Shown: positions 8,952 to 17,734 of the stretch, in pieces
Numbering within the stretch: the stretch's first letter is position 1
Layout of the letters: every line of letters begins with the position of its first letter
NCBI GenBank assembly: GCA_035471605.1
Contig: DATIPW010000057.1
Span: 1 to 41,347 of the forward strand
Length of the DNA stretch: 41,347 nucleotides
Origin: Anaerolineales bacterium
Lineage (GTDB): Bacteria; Chloroflexota; Anaerolineae; Anaerolineales; Villigracilaceae
Reading direction: 5' to 3'
The notes under the pieces: model-generated
Databases searched by the model: none
Told to the model about the DNA's origin: nothing
The model's input: only the letters and a program-made list of their open reading frames with translations
Made by a program: the position numbers and the translations under genes

Positions 8952-9003
8952 TTGACATCGCCTGTCACCGCAGGTATAATTGCTTGTAATAACAGGATTA
9001 CAA
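8952..9003 (+). promoter_or_regulatory. Consensus sigma70-type promoter plus palindromic operator (op1) for the gntR-led operon
   Basis: TTGACA (8952..8957), exactly 17 nt, TATAAT (8975..8980), tgc, then TTGTAAT-AACAGG-ATTACAA (8984..9003). It lies 33 nt upstream of the GntR GTG start. Confidence 0.65.
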
Positions 9004-9035
9004 CCTCTGCGTGAGACACTTGGGGAGAGAGCGTC

Positions 9036-9809
9036 GTGGACGCCAAGATCAACTTCGACAGCCACCTGCCGTACTACATCCAGCTAATCGACATCCTGCG
9101 CGACAAGGTGCAGACAGGTACATGGTCACCGGGGGATCAGATCCCGGGCGAGCAGGAGCTTTGCGAAATGTATTCGGTCAGCCGCACGGTCGTGCGGCAG
9201 GCGCTGCGGGAGCTCGAGCTGGAAGGCATGATCACGCGGCGGAAGGGCAAGGGCACGTTCATCTCGCCTCCAAAGATCAGTGAAGGCCTGGTGCAAAAGC
9301 TAACCGGCTTCTACCAGGACATGGTTGAACGAGGCCTTCGCACTACTACGAGGGTCTTGCATCACAGCGTGGTCCCCGCCACAGAAAAAATCGCCCGCTT
9401 CCTGAGAATTTCACCAGGGGACAAAGTGATCGATCTGCTCAGGCTGCGGTCGATCAACGATGAGCCGATCCAGCTGGTGACCAGCTACATTCCATTATCC
9501 GTATGCCCAGAGCTCGCCGAAGTGGATCTCACGAACCGCTCGCTTTACGAGTTCATGCAGGCGGAATGTGGCGTTTTCATTGCCAAGGGACGGCGTACTG
9601 TGGAGGCCGTCTTGGCCAATGAGACCGAGGCCGCGCTGCTGGGCGTGGAGCGCGGCGCACCACTCCTGATGCTCGATAGCATCAGCTTTTCGGAGTCCGG
9701 GCAGGTGGTCGAGTATTACCATGCTCTGCACCGGGGCGATCGATCCCGCTTCGAGGTCGAGCTTCTGCGCACCCGGGAAGCCGTCTCGAAGGCGCCAGCT
9801 TCCAACTAG
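9036..9809 (+). CDS. GntR-family transcriptional regulator, HutC subfamily (wHTH plus UTRA effector domain)
   Basis: LPYYIQLIDILRDKVQTGTWSPGDQIPGEQELCEMYSVSRTVVRQALRELELEGMITRRKGKGTFI is a classic GntR wHTH. The C-terminal half is UTRA-like. GTG start follows SD GGGGAGAG. Confidence 0.9.
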   Translation: MDAKINFDSHLPYYIQLIDILRDKVQTGTWSPGDQIPGEQELCEMYSVSRTVVRQALRELELEGMITRRKGKGTFISPPKISEGLVQKLTGFYQDMVERGLRTTTRVLHHSVVPATEKIARFLRISPGDKVIDLLRLRSINDEPIQLVTSYIPLSVCPELAEVDLTNRSLYEFMQAECGVFIAKGRRTVEAVLANETEAALLGVERGAPLLMLDSISFSESGQVVEYYHALHRGDRSRFEVELLRTREAVSKAPASN

Positions 9810-9835
9810 CCCCGAGTGCCTTCCAGGAGAGTGAC

Positions 9836-11410
9836 GTGCCGCAAAAGTATCTGATCGGTGTTGACCTTGGAACCAGCGGGACCAAGGCCGCGCTGTATCA
9901 GGTGGATGGCAGGCGCGTTTTCGCGGCCGCCATGGAAGTTCCCCTTCACCATCCGAGCCCTGGCGTCGTGGAGCAGGACAGCGAGGATTTCTACTCGTCG
10001 GCGGCGCAGACCGTTCGCGAATGCATCGGCGGCAGCGGCGTCGAGCCTGCCTCGGTCGCCGCGATCGCTTTCGATTCACAGATGGCAGGTGTTGGTCTCA
10101 TCGATGAGGATTTCCACCCGGTAGCGCGCTTCGACTCTTGGCTCGACATGCGCTGCCGGCCGTACATTGAGGCGATGGACAGGGAAGCGGGCGAGCGCAT
10201 CACCCAGCTCACTGGCTGCCCGCCGACTTGCGACCACGGCCCCAAAATGCTCTGGTGGAAGCACGAGCAGCCGGAAGTGTACAAGCGCGCCGCCAAATTC
10301 GTCATGCCGGGGACCTACGTGTCCGGCCGGCTGGCAGGTCTGCGAGCCGACCAGGCTTTCATCGACCATACCTACATACATTTCTCGGGATTCTCGGACG
10401 CTCGCAGCGGCACGTGGTCGGACGAACTGTGCGGCCGCTTTGGGCTTGACCCGCAAAAACTGCCCAGGATCGTGGCTCCGACCGAGATCATCGGTGAGGT
10501 ACTGGAGGGACCGGGCGCTGAGTTCGGGCTGGCGCCCGGCACCATCATTGCTGCAGGGGCAGGGGACACGGCCGCCAACGCGCTGGGCGCGGGAATCGTG
10601 CGCGCGGGGATGCTCTTCGACGTGGCAGGCACGGCTTCCGTCCTGGCCGGCTGCACGGACAGATTCGTAGCTGACACGCGCAACCGCGCCCTGATGACCA
10701 TGCGTTCCGTGATTCCGGGGCTGTGGAACCCGCTGGCCTACATCGGGGGCGGCGGAATCGCGCTGCGATGGTTTCGGGACAATTTCTACAATACTTCGCG
10801 GGGGAGCCCCCTGCCTCCTGATGAGGACACGTACGCGCGGATGATCGCCACGGCACAAGGCGCTCCCCCCGGAGCCGACGGGCTCCTCTTCTCGCCGCAC
10901 TTGGGCGGCCGCATCTGCCCCTCCAGTCCGGAAATGCGCGGCGCGTGGCTCGGCTTCTCGTGGTCCCACACGCAGGCGCACTTCGCCCGTTCGATCCTCG
11001 AGAGCATCGCCTACGAGTACGCGTACTATTTGAAGATCCTGCGCACCCTCATGCCTGAACTTGAGCTTGTAGAAGCGCGAGTGGTCGGCGGCGGTGCACG
11101 CAGCCCGGGGTGGAATCAGATCAAGGCCGATGTGCTGGCAGTCCCGTACCAGCGGCTGGCGGGCAGCGAGTTCGGCACATGGGGCACGGCCATGATCGCC
11201 GGGACGGCTGCAGGCCTGATTCCGGATCTCGCCGGGCACGCGCAGAGATGCGCCGTCCGCGACGGAGACCCGCTACAGCCTGGACAGGACGCCCACGCGG
11301 CCTACGAGCCGATCGTCAGTCGATATATACGGCTGCAACACACACTTAATGCCTACTTCACCAGCTCCGAGATTGAACCCGCCCGAGAGTGGGAGGATCG
11401 ATCTAGATGA
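9836..11410 (+). CDS. FGGY-family carbohydrate kinase (xylulokinase-like), copy 1
   Basis: YLIGVDLGTSGTKAALY N-terminal ATPase motif and GAGDTAANALGAG, about 520 aa. SD AGGAGAG. The stop overlaps the next start (ATGA at 11407). Confidence 0.9.
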   Translation: MPQKYLIGVDLGTSGTKAALYQVDGRRVFAAAMEVPLHHPSPGVVEQDSEDFYSSAAQTVRECIGGSGVEPASVAAIAFDSQMAGVGLIDEDFHPVARFDSWLDMRCRPYIEAMDREAGERITQLTGCPPTCDHGPKMLWWKHEQPEVYKRAAKFVMPGTYVSGRLAGLRADQAFIDHTYIHFSGFSDARSGTWSDELCGRFGLDPQKLPRIVAPTEIIGEVLEGPGAEFGLAPGTIIAAGAGDTAANALGAGIVRAGMLFDVAGTASVLAGCTDRFVADTRNRALMTMRSVIPGLWNPLAYIGGGGIALRWFRDNFYNTSRGSPLPPDEDTYARMIATAQGAPPGADGLLFSPHLGGRICPSSPEMRGAWLGFSWSHTQAHFARSILESIAYEYAYYLKILRTLMPELELVEARVVGGGARSPGWNQIKADVLAVPYQRLAGSEFGTWGTAMIAGTAAGLIPDLAGHAQRCAVRDGDPLQPGQDAHAAYEPIVSRYIRLQHTLNAYFTSSEIEPAREWEDRSR

Positions 11411-12459
11411 GGCAACCCGTTCGCTTGTGCATGATCGGCGCAGGCCGCGTCGGGAAGAATCATTCCCGGGCAATCGTGCGCGGCATTGCCGGCGCGCGCA
11501 TCGTCGCCCTGGTGGACCCTGTAGAGCAGATCCGGCAGCAGACGGCCACGGAGTTCGGCATCCAGCAGCAGTTCGCTTCGTTGGAAGAGGCGCTGGATCA
11601 GGCCGACTTCGACGCCGTGGTGATCACCACGCCCACTCCCACGCACATGCCTCTTGCGGCCACAGCCGCCGGGCACAAGAAGCACGTGTTTCTTGAGAAA
11701 CCGATGGCGTTGAACCTGCAGGAATGCGATGAGATCCTGGCGGCGGTTGAGAGGGAGAGCGTTCTGCTGCAGCTTGGGTTCATGCGCCGGTTTGATCCCG
11801 AGTTCGTCGCGGCCGCCCGGCGCATCGAGGCGGGTGAGATTGGTCAGCCCATGATGATCAAGTCCAATACCCATGGCCCCGGCCTGCCGCCCGCCTGGGC
11901 ACGCGACCTGCGCACCTCCAACGGGATGCTGGCCGAGGTCAACAGTCATGACTGGGATACGACGCGCTGGCTGATGGGCTCTGACTACGAGCGCGTCTAC
12001 ACTGAAGTGGCCAACTTCAAGGGCACGGCCCACGGCGTGGAAGCCGAGCATTTCTACGACAACGCCCTCGTCAATCTGAAATTCGAAAGCGGCGGCCTGG
12101 GATTGATCTCCGGAGTCTGCCCCTGCGGCTATGGGTATGATGCCAGGGTGGAGGTCATCGGTGAGAGGGGCATCATGCTGATTGGATCCCTGCAGGGCCA
12201 GGATGTGGTCGTGTGCACCGATCGCGACCACGGCCTGATCACGCCGATCTACCGGACGTGGCCGGAGCGCTTCGAATGGGGCTACATAAACGAGTTGCAG
12301 CATTTCGTCACCTGCATCCAAGATGGCGAGCGACCCCGTGTGGGCGGCGTGGACGGTCGATGGGCGGTTGCGGGTGTGCTAGCAGGGACGAAATCTTTTC
12401 TTGAGGAACGCCCCGTATATCTCAAGGAAATCCTTGGGAACGGCACGCGGAAAAGCTGA
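11407..12459 (+). CDS. Gfo/Idh/MocA family oxidoreductase (inositol-2-dehydrogenase-like)
   Basis: CMIGAGRVGKNHSRA Rossmann fold, HVFLEKPMA motif, 350 aa. Confidence 0.9.
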   Translation: MRQPVRLCMIGAGRVGKNHSRAIVRGIAGARIVALVDPVEQIRQQTATEFGIQQQFASLEEALDQADFDAVVITTPTPTHMPLAATAAGHKKHVFLEKPMALNLQECDEILAAVERESVLLQLGFMRRFDPEFVAAARRIEAGEIGQPMMIKSNTHGPGLPPAWARDLRTSNGMLAEVNSHDWDTTRWLMGSDYERVYTEVANFKGTAHGVEAEHFYDNALVNLKFESGGLGLISGVCPCGYGYDARVEVIGERGIMLIGSLQGQDVVVCTDRDHGLITPIYRTWPERFEWGYINELQHFVTCIQDGERPRVGGVDGRWAVAGVLAGTKSFLEERPVYLKEILGNGTRKS

Positions 12460-12465
12460 GGGTTG

Positions 12466-13506
12466 ATGTTGGCTGCGGTGTACCACGGTCCCAATGATCT
12501 GCGCCTCGAGCAGGTGCCTGTCCCGGAGATCGAACGCGGCGAGATTCTGGTGAGGGTCGTGAGCGCAAGCATCTGCGGCACCGACCTGCGCATTTGGCAC
12601 GGCAATCACCGCATGTACCCTCCCGGAAGCGTGCGCATTCCGGGGCACGAGATTGTCGGCACCATCGCGAAGGTGTCGCCCGAGATCAGGGATTATGCGG
12701 TTGGACAGCGGGTGTTCTGCGCGCCCAACACGGGCTGCGGCCATTGCCGGCAGTGCATAACCGGCCACAACAACCTGTGCGCCAACTACGATGCCCTGGG
12801 CGTGACTTCCAACGGCGGCTTCGCTGAGTATGTGCGTATCCCCGCCAGATCGGTCCAGCAGGGAAACCTGATTCCCGTGGAGCAGTCGGTGGATCCCGCG
12901 GTGGCCGCACTGCTCGAGCCGTTCGCGTGCGTGGTGAGAGGGCAGAATGCGCTGCGCATCCAGCCAGGCGAGACCGTGCTGGTGATGGGCGCGGGACCGA
13001 TCGGCGTCATGCACGTCCAGCTAGCGAAGAGCCGCGGCGCAAGCCGAGTGGTCGTCAGCGAACCGATTGCCGAGCGGAGAACGCAGGCCGCAGCCATGGG
13101 CGCCGACAAGGTCATCAATCCCGAAACGGAGGACCTGTCCGCGGCATTGCGGGTTGAGGGCAGCGCCGGACCCGACGTGATCATCGTGGCAGCGCCTGCG
13201 CACGCGGCCCAGGAGGCCGCCGTTCAGCTGGCTGCCGTAGGCGGACGCATCAACCTATTTGGGGGCTTGCCGAAAGAACGTCCAGTGATCAGCCTGGATT
13301 CCAATCTAGTGCATTACAAGGAGCTAGTGATCACTGGAACGACGGCCTGCAGCACGGCCGATTGCTGGCAGTCGGCGCGCATCGTCAATGCGGGCCTTGT
13401 CGATCTCTCGCCGTTGATCAGCCAGCGCTTTCCTCTGAAGGATGCGGTTGCCGCCTTCAGGGCGGCAGAGGACCGGAAGTCTCTCAAGGTCGTGCTGCAA
13501 CCATGA
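12466..13506 (+). CDS. Zn-dependent medium-chain alcohol/polyol dehydrogenase (sorbitol/threonine-DH-like)
   Basis: CGTDLRIWHG...GHEIVG catalytic-Zn motif. CGHCRQCITGHNNLC structural-Zn motif. GAGPIGV NAD motif. ATG 12466 is preferred over TTG 12463. Confidence 0.9.
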   Translation: MLAAVYHGPNDLRLEQVPVPEIERGEILVRVVSASICGTDLRIWHGNHRMYPPGSVRIPGHEIVGTIAKVSPEIRDYAVGQRVFCAPNTGCGHCRQCITGHNNLCANYDALGVTSNGGFAEYVRIPARSVQQGNLIPVEQSVDPAVAALLEPFACVVRGQNALRIQPGETVLVMGAGPIGVMHVQLAKSRGASRVVVSEPIAERRTQAAAMGADKVINPETEDLSAALRVEGSAGPDVIIVAAPAHAAQEAAVQLAAVGGRINLFGGLPKERPVISLDSNLVHYKELVITGTTACSTADCWQSARIVNAGLVDLSPLISQRFPLKDAVAAFRAAEDRKSLKVVLQP

Positions 13507-14474
13507 CCCAGCCTTCCAATCACGGAGCGCCCAGCCGCGCGCGGCCGGTCGTGACCGTGCAGGGCCCGGCGGCGCACGACAGCCTGGGAATCACCGATGC
13601 ACACAACCACGTGTGGATCGAGGCCGTGCGGGGCGCGGATTCGGCCAGCCCAGTCCTGGATGACTTCGACGCCATCGCGGGCGAACTGGTGGAGTACCGC
13701 CAGGCAGGCGGTGGCAGCCTGCTCGATTGCCAGCCAGGCGGCGCGGGGCGGGATGGCAACAAGCTCCGCGAGCTCGCAGACATATCCGGCGTGAATCTGA
13801 TCGCCTGCACGGGCTTCCACCGGCGCAAGTACTACGCTGCAGACCACAAGCTCTGGGAGGCTCCTGCCGAGAAGGTCTCAGATCTGATCTGCGCTGAGTT
13901 CGAGCAGGGCCTCGAAGAAACTCTCGGAGGCGCAACCCCGGTGAAAGCAGGCTTCATCAAGATCGCGCTTGAGGCCACCTGGGAGGACTGCCCGCGTGCA
14001 GCAGTTGATGGCGCCGGCCTCGCCGCGGTCAAGACCGGAGCCCTCATGGCGATGCACACGGAGAAGGGCGCTCTGGCCGAACGTGCCTGCACACATCTGA
14101 TCGCGATCGGCGTTGAGCCGAAGCAGCTCCTCGTCTGCCATATGGACAAGCGCCCGGATGTTGGACTCCACAAGGCGCTGGTTGGCATGGGCACGATGCT
14201 GGAATACGACACGTTCTACCGGCCCAAATACGAACCCCCCGTCCGCCTGTGGCCGCTGCTGGAGATCATGGCGGACGCTGGATTGGCGGGCTACATCGCC
14301 CTCGCAACCGACATGGCGGAGAGCGAGCTCTACCGTCGTATCGGCGGCGGGCCAGGTCTGGCCAGCCTGCCCGGCGAGATCCGGCGACATCTGCAGGATC
14401 GGGGATTCTCCACGAAGCAACAGGAGCAGTTGTTGGGTGGGAATGTTGCCCGGCGCCTCGCGGGGCTTGATTAG
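13503..14474 (+). CDS. Phosphotriesterase-family (amidohydrolase) hydrolase, probable lactonase
   Basis: All PTE-type ligand positions are recognisable: GITDAHNHVW (HxH), KAGFIKIAL (bridging Lys), AMHTEKG, LLVCHMDK and ALATDMA. The ATG overlaps the previous stop (ATGA 13503..13506). The upstream part of track ORF 13362.. overlaps the preceding gene and is discarded. Confidence 0.8.
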   Translation: MTQPSNHGAPSRARPVVTVQGPAAHDSLGITDAHNHVWIEAVRGADSASPVLDDFDAIAGELVEYRQAGGGSLLDCQPGGAGRDGNKLRELADISGVNLIACTGFHRRKYYAADHKLWEAPAEKVSDLICAEFEQGLEETLGGATPVKAGFIKIALEATWEDCPRAAVDGAGLAAVKTGALMAMHTEKGALAERACTHLIAIGVEPKQLLVCHMDKRPDVGLHKALVGMGTMLEYDTFYRPKYEPPVRLWPLLEIMADAGLAGYIALATDMAESELYRRIGGGPGLASLPGEIRRHLQDRGFSTKQQEQLLGGNVARRLAGLD

Positions 14475-14493
14475 TCTCAAACTGGAGAAGCAA

Positions 14494-15081
14494 ATGAGGG
14501 ACCTGCCATTCACCTTCACGCTGCCTTTGCCAGAGGTCATCCCCTCTAGGAAAGACAATCACATCCAGCGCCGGCTTTCTGCACTTCGCGGTCAGTTTCT
14601 CGAACAGGCCGCGTACGATAGGATGCTAGCCAGGGAAGACGAATTGGTCTATGAGGTCTACGAGATCAAGCGGCCCGAGGCCCAAGGAGAGTTGATCATG
14701 GGGGTCTCCATCGTTCACCCCGGCAAAGTGGGCCGGGAGTTCTACATGACGAAAGGACACTTCCACTCCGCGCTGGAGACTTCGGAGATCTACTGCTGCC
14801 TACGCGGTGAGGGCTACATGGTGATGGAAACACCGGAGGGGGAAACGAGCGTGGAGCCACTGACGCCCGGCAAGTTGCTCTATGTGACCCCGGGCTGGGC
14901 GCATCGATCCGTATGCACCTCCCGACAGGAAGACCTGGTCACCTTCTTTGCCTATCCCGCCAACGCGGGACATGACTACGCCACGATCGAACGTACCGGC
15001 TTCAGGAAGCTGGTCGTTGATGGACCCAAGGGGCCCGAGATCGTCGACAACCCGCGGGCGACAGGCTCTGCACGGTCATGA
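14494..15081 (+). CDS. pgiA: Cupin-type phosphoglucose isomerase (archaeal cPGI family)
   Basis: VYEVYEI...HPGKVGREFYMTKGHFHS...EIYCCLRGEGYMVMETPEGE...YVTPGWAHRSV...AYPANAGHDYATIERTGFRKLVV...VDNPR aligns block for block with the Pyrococcus furiosus cupin PGI as I recall it. SD GGAGA lies before ATG 14494. Confidence 0.8.
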   Translation: MRDLPFTFTLPLPEVIPSRKDNHIQRRLSALRGQFLEQAAYDRMLAREDELVYEVYEIKRPEAQGELIMGVSIVHPGKVGREFYMTKGHFHSALETSEIYCCLRGEGYMVMETPEGETSVEPLTPGKLLYVTPGWAHRSVCTSRQEDLVTFFAYPANAGHDYATIERTGFRKLVVDGPKGPEIVDNPRATGSARS

Positions 15082-16043
15082 AGCTCAAGGAATGCCGCCT
15101 GCTCGTAACACCAACTTCGTACGGGAAGAACGACCCCCGGCTCAAGAGCGACCTCGAGGCCATGGTTGGTGAAGTCACCTACAACTCGACGGGGAAGCCG
15201 CTGACATCAGGGCAAGTCAGGGATCTCTTGCCCGGCATCGACGGATACATCGCGGGCTTGGACGCCATCGACGCGGCAGCCCTCGCCGCCGGAAACCGCC
15301 TGCGGGTGATCGCGCGCTACGGCGTGGGTGTTGATAACGTCGACCTGGAAGTCGCAAAGCATCGGAAGATCGTGGTCACAAACACCCCCGGCGCGAATTC
15401 CGTCTCCGTTGCCGAGTTGGCGCTGGGCCTGATGCTGGCGTTGGCGCGCCAGATTCCGGAGGCCGTGGAGGCCGTGCACCTCGGCAAGTGGCCGCGGTAC
15501 TCCGGTCTGAGCCTGGAAGGCAAGACCGTGGGGATTCTTGGGCTGGGTGCCATCGGCAGGCAGCTGGTCCGCAGGCTTCAGGGGTTCGATTGCCGAATCA
15601 TCGCGCACGAACCAATCGTTGACGCGGCCGCTGCAAATTCATTAGGTGTTGAGCTCTTGAGCATGCGTGAAGTCATTGGCCAGGCTGATTTCTTGAGTCT
15701 GCACGTACCGTTGCTGCCCGAGACGCGCGGTTTGGTGAACGCCGAGTTCCTGAGCCAGATGAAGCCGGGGTCATTCCTGATCAACACGGCTCGCGGCGAG
15801 GTCATCGACGAGGGCGCTCTTCTGGGCGCCCTCCGGAGCGGTCATCTGAGGGGGGCGGGGTTGGACACGTTTGCTCAGGAACCGCCTCATCCAGACAACC
15901 CTCTGCTGCGGCTGCCGCAGGTCGTGGCAACTCCGCATCTGGGCGCCATGACGGATGGCGCAACGGGCAATATGGGTTGGATGGCAATGCAAGACTGCCT
16001 GGCGGTATTGAAGGATGAGGAGCCGGCGCATCGGGTCGTTTGA
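15078..16043 (+). CDS. D-isomer-specific 2-hydroxyacid dehydrogenase (phosphoglycerate/glyoxylate reductase-like)
   Basis: GKTVGILGLGAIGRQL NAD motif, NTARGEVIDE, and C-terminal ATPHLGAMT with the catalytic His. ATGA overlap with pgiA. Confidence 0.9.
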   Translation: MKLKECRLLVTPTSYGKNDPRLKSDLEAMVGEVTYNSTGKPLTSGQVRDLLPGIDGYIAGLDAIDAAALAAGNRLRVIARYGVGVDNVDLEVAKHRKIVVTNTPGANSVSVAELALGLMLALARQIPEAVEAVHLGKWPRYSGLSLEGKTVGILGLGAIGRQLVRRLQGFDCRIIAHEPIVDAAAANSLGVELLSMREVIGQADFLSLHVPLLPETRGLVNAEFLSQMKPGSFLINTARGEVIDEGALLGALRSGHLRGAGLDTFAQEPPHPDNPLLRLPQVVATPHLGAMTDGATGNMGWMAMQDCLAVLKDEEPAHRVV

Positions 16044-16077
16044 CCGGCCGGACCTCCAGATTGGGTTTGGAGGAACC

Positions 16078-16731
16078 ATGAACAAAGCTGACGTCCTTGA
16101 ACGAATCAAGGATCTCGGGGTGCTGGCTGTGATTAGGGGCCCCTCGGCGGACCTCACGGTCAAGATGGTCGATGCGCTGATGGAAGGAGGCATTGCCGGG
16201 ATCGAAATCACCTACAGCACGCCCAACGCTGAGGAGGTCGTCCGTGCCCTGGTGAAGAAGTTCGGAGAAAGCATACTCGTTGGCATGGGCACGCTGACAG
16301 ATCTCGAACAGGCGGAATCTGCCAAGGCCGCCGGCGCGAAATTCCTCGTAAGCCCTGTTTGCGAGCCGGCGCTGGTCCGCAGCATGATTGCCAGCGAATT
16401 GCTGACGATGGCAGGCGCGCTTACGCCCACCGAGGTGCTGCAGGCCTACAGCCTCGGATCGGATGTCGTCAAGGTATTCCCGGGATCGCTTGGCGGGCCT
16501 GCCTACGTCAGGGCCCTCAAGGGACCGTTCCCGCACATTCCGATGATGCCGACCGGCGGAGTAAGTTCGACCAACGTGGCCGACTGGTTCGCCACGGGCG
16601 TGGTGGCAGTGGGTGCAGGCAGCGAATTATGCCCGCCGCAATTGGCCAGAGAAGGGAAGTTCGCCGAGATCACCAAGCGCGCTCAGGAATTCGCGAGGAT
16701 CGTGAAGGCCGCAAGACCATCTGTCAAGTAG
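16078..16731 (+). CDS. eda: 2-dehydro-3-deoxy-phosphogluconate / 4-hydroxy-2-oxoglutarate aldolase family (class I, Eda-like)
   Basis: LAVIRG....GGIAGIEITYSTPNA...VGMGTL...GAKFLVSP...DVVKVFPG...PTGGV blocks of the KDPG aldolase fold. SD GGAGGA lies before ATG 16078. Confidence 0.85.
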   Translation: MNKADVLERIKDLGVLAVIRGPSADLTVKMVDALMEGGIAGIEITYSTPNAEEVVRALVKKFGESILVGMGTLTDLEQAESAKAAGAKFLVSPVCEPALVRSMIASELLTMAGALTPTEVLQAYSLGSDVVKVFPGSLGGPAYVRALKGPFPHIPMMPTGGVSSTNVADWFATGVVAVGAGSELCPPQLAREGKFAEITKRAQEFARIVKAARPSVK

Positions 16732-16744
16732 ACAGGAACCCATC

Positions 16745-17719
16745 ATGAACACGCCTACCGCTGCTGCAGAGACGTTCAATATCGTCACCAAGAGTGCTCC
16801 AACCTTCTACTTCATCGGCGTCACCACCGGAAAGTCATCCATTAACAAGGTCTTCCCCCTTTGGATGGAAGTCCTTGGACGCCCCGAGGTCGCGCTGGAG
16901 GGCATGGATTGCAGGATCCATGACGTGCCCGGTGTCTACCGCGAGAAGGTCGCTCAGATCAAGTACGACCCGCTGTCGGTGGGCGCCCTTGTCACCACGC
17001 ACAAGATCGATCTGCTGACAGCCGCCCGGGACATGTTCGATTACCTGGACTCGTACGCCCTCATCACGGATGAGGTTTCGAGTATTTCGAAACTGGACGG
17101 GCGACTCGAAGGTCATGCGAAAGACCCGATCACGGCGGGCGCCAGCCTGGATGCCATCATCGACAAGGGCTACTTTGGCGAGACGAAGGGACATGTGCTC
17201 AGCTTCGGCGCCGGAGGCTCAGCGATTGCCACGCTGCTGCATCTGATCAACAAGAAGAATAAGGAAGACAGACCGGACCGCTTCACGTTCGTGAACCGGT
17301 CACAAGGAAGGCTGGATCACGCCAGGCAGATGGTCGGAAATCTCAAGACCGACATCCTCATCGAATACATTCAAAACATGGATCCGGAAGTCAACGACAG
17401 GATCATGGAGAAGTTGCCGCCCTACAGCATAGTGATCAATGCCACGGGCATGGGCAAGGACACGCCAGGCTCACCGATCACCTGGAACGGCAAGTTCCCG
17501 ATGAACAGCATCTCCTGGGAATTCAACTACCGAGGCGAACTCGATTTCCTGCACCAATCTCTGGCGCAGGCGGAAAGCCGCAAGGTGAAGGTCGAGGACG
17601 GCTGGATCTACTTTGTGCACGGGTGGACGCAGGTGGTGGCGCAAGTGTTGCACTTCGACCTGACGCCCGATCTGTTTGCGCAGCTCAACGAAGCGGCATC
17701 GAGCGTGCGCGGCCGGTGA
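16745..17719 (+). CDS. Shikimate/quinate dehydrogenase-family protein (AroE-like, non-canonical N-terminus)
   Basis: GALVTTHK (catalytic Lys block), LEGHAKD (NTD-like Asp block), FGAGGSA dinucleotide loop and INATGMG are all in AroE-family order. Confidence 0.7.
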   Translation: MNTPTAAAETFNIVTKSAPTFYFIGVTTGKSSINKVFPLWMEVLGRPEVALEGMDCRIHDVPGVYREKVAQIKYDPLSVGALVTTHKIDLLTAARDMFDYLDSYALITDEVSSISKLDGRLEGHAKDPITAGASLDAIIDKGYFGETKGHVLSFGAGGSAIATLLHLINKKNKEDRPDRFTFVNRSQGRLDHARQMVGNLKTDILIEYIQNMDPEVNDRIMEKLPPYSIVINATGMGKDTPGSPITWNGKFPMNSISWEFNYRGELDFLHQSLAQAESRKVKVEDGWIYFVHGWTQVVAQVLHFDLTPDLFAQLNEAASSVRGR

Positions 17720-17734
17720 GCCACCGGGACCGGG

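Noticed and set aside
8598-9014. 138-aa plus-strand ORF in the divergent intergenic region
   Set aside because: It runs through both operators and both promoters. It is Cys/Arg-rich with no SD. The region is better explained as regulatory DNA.
10076-11239. 387-aa minus-strand ORF. The same class includes 11353..12321, 12379..13014, 15802..16536, 20684..21928, 22994..23809 and 25577..26656 on the minus strand, and 3722..4435, 4926..5744, 5907..6509, 7083..7751 and 8110..8697 on the plus strand.
   Set aside because: All lie antisense to genes with strong family signatures. They are Arg/Pro/Gly/His-rich and lack SD sequences. Long antisense ORFs are expected when third-position GC is high.
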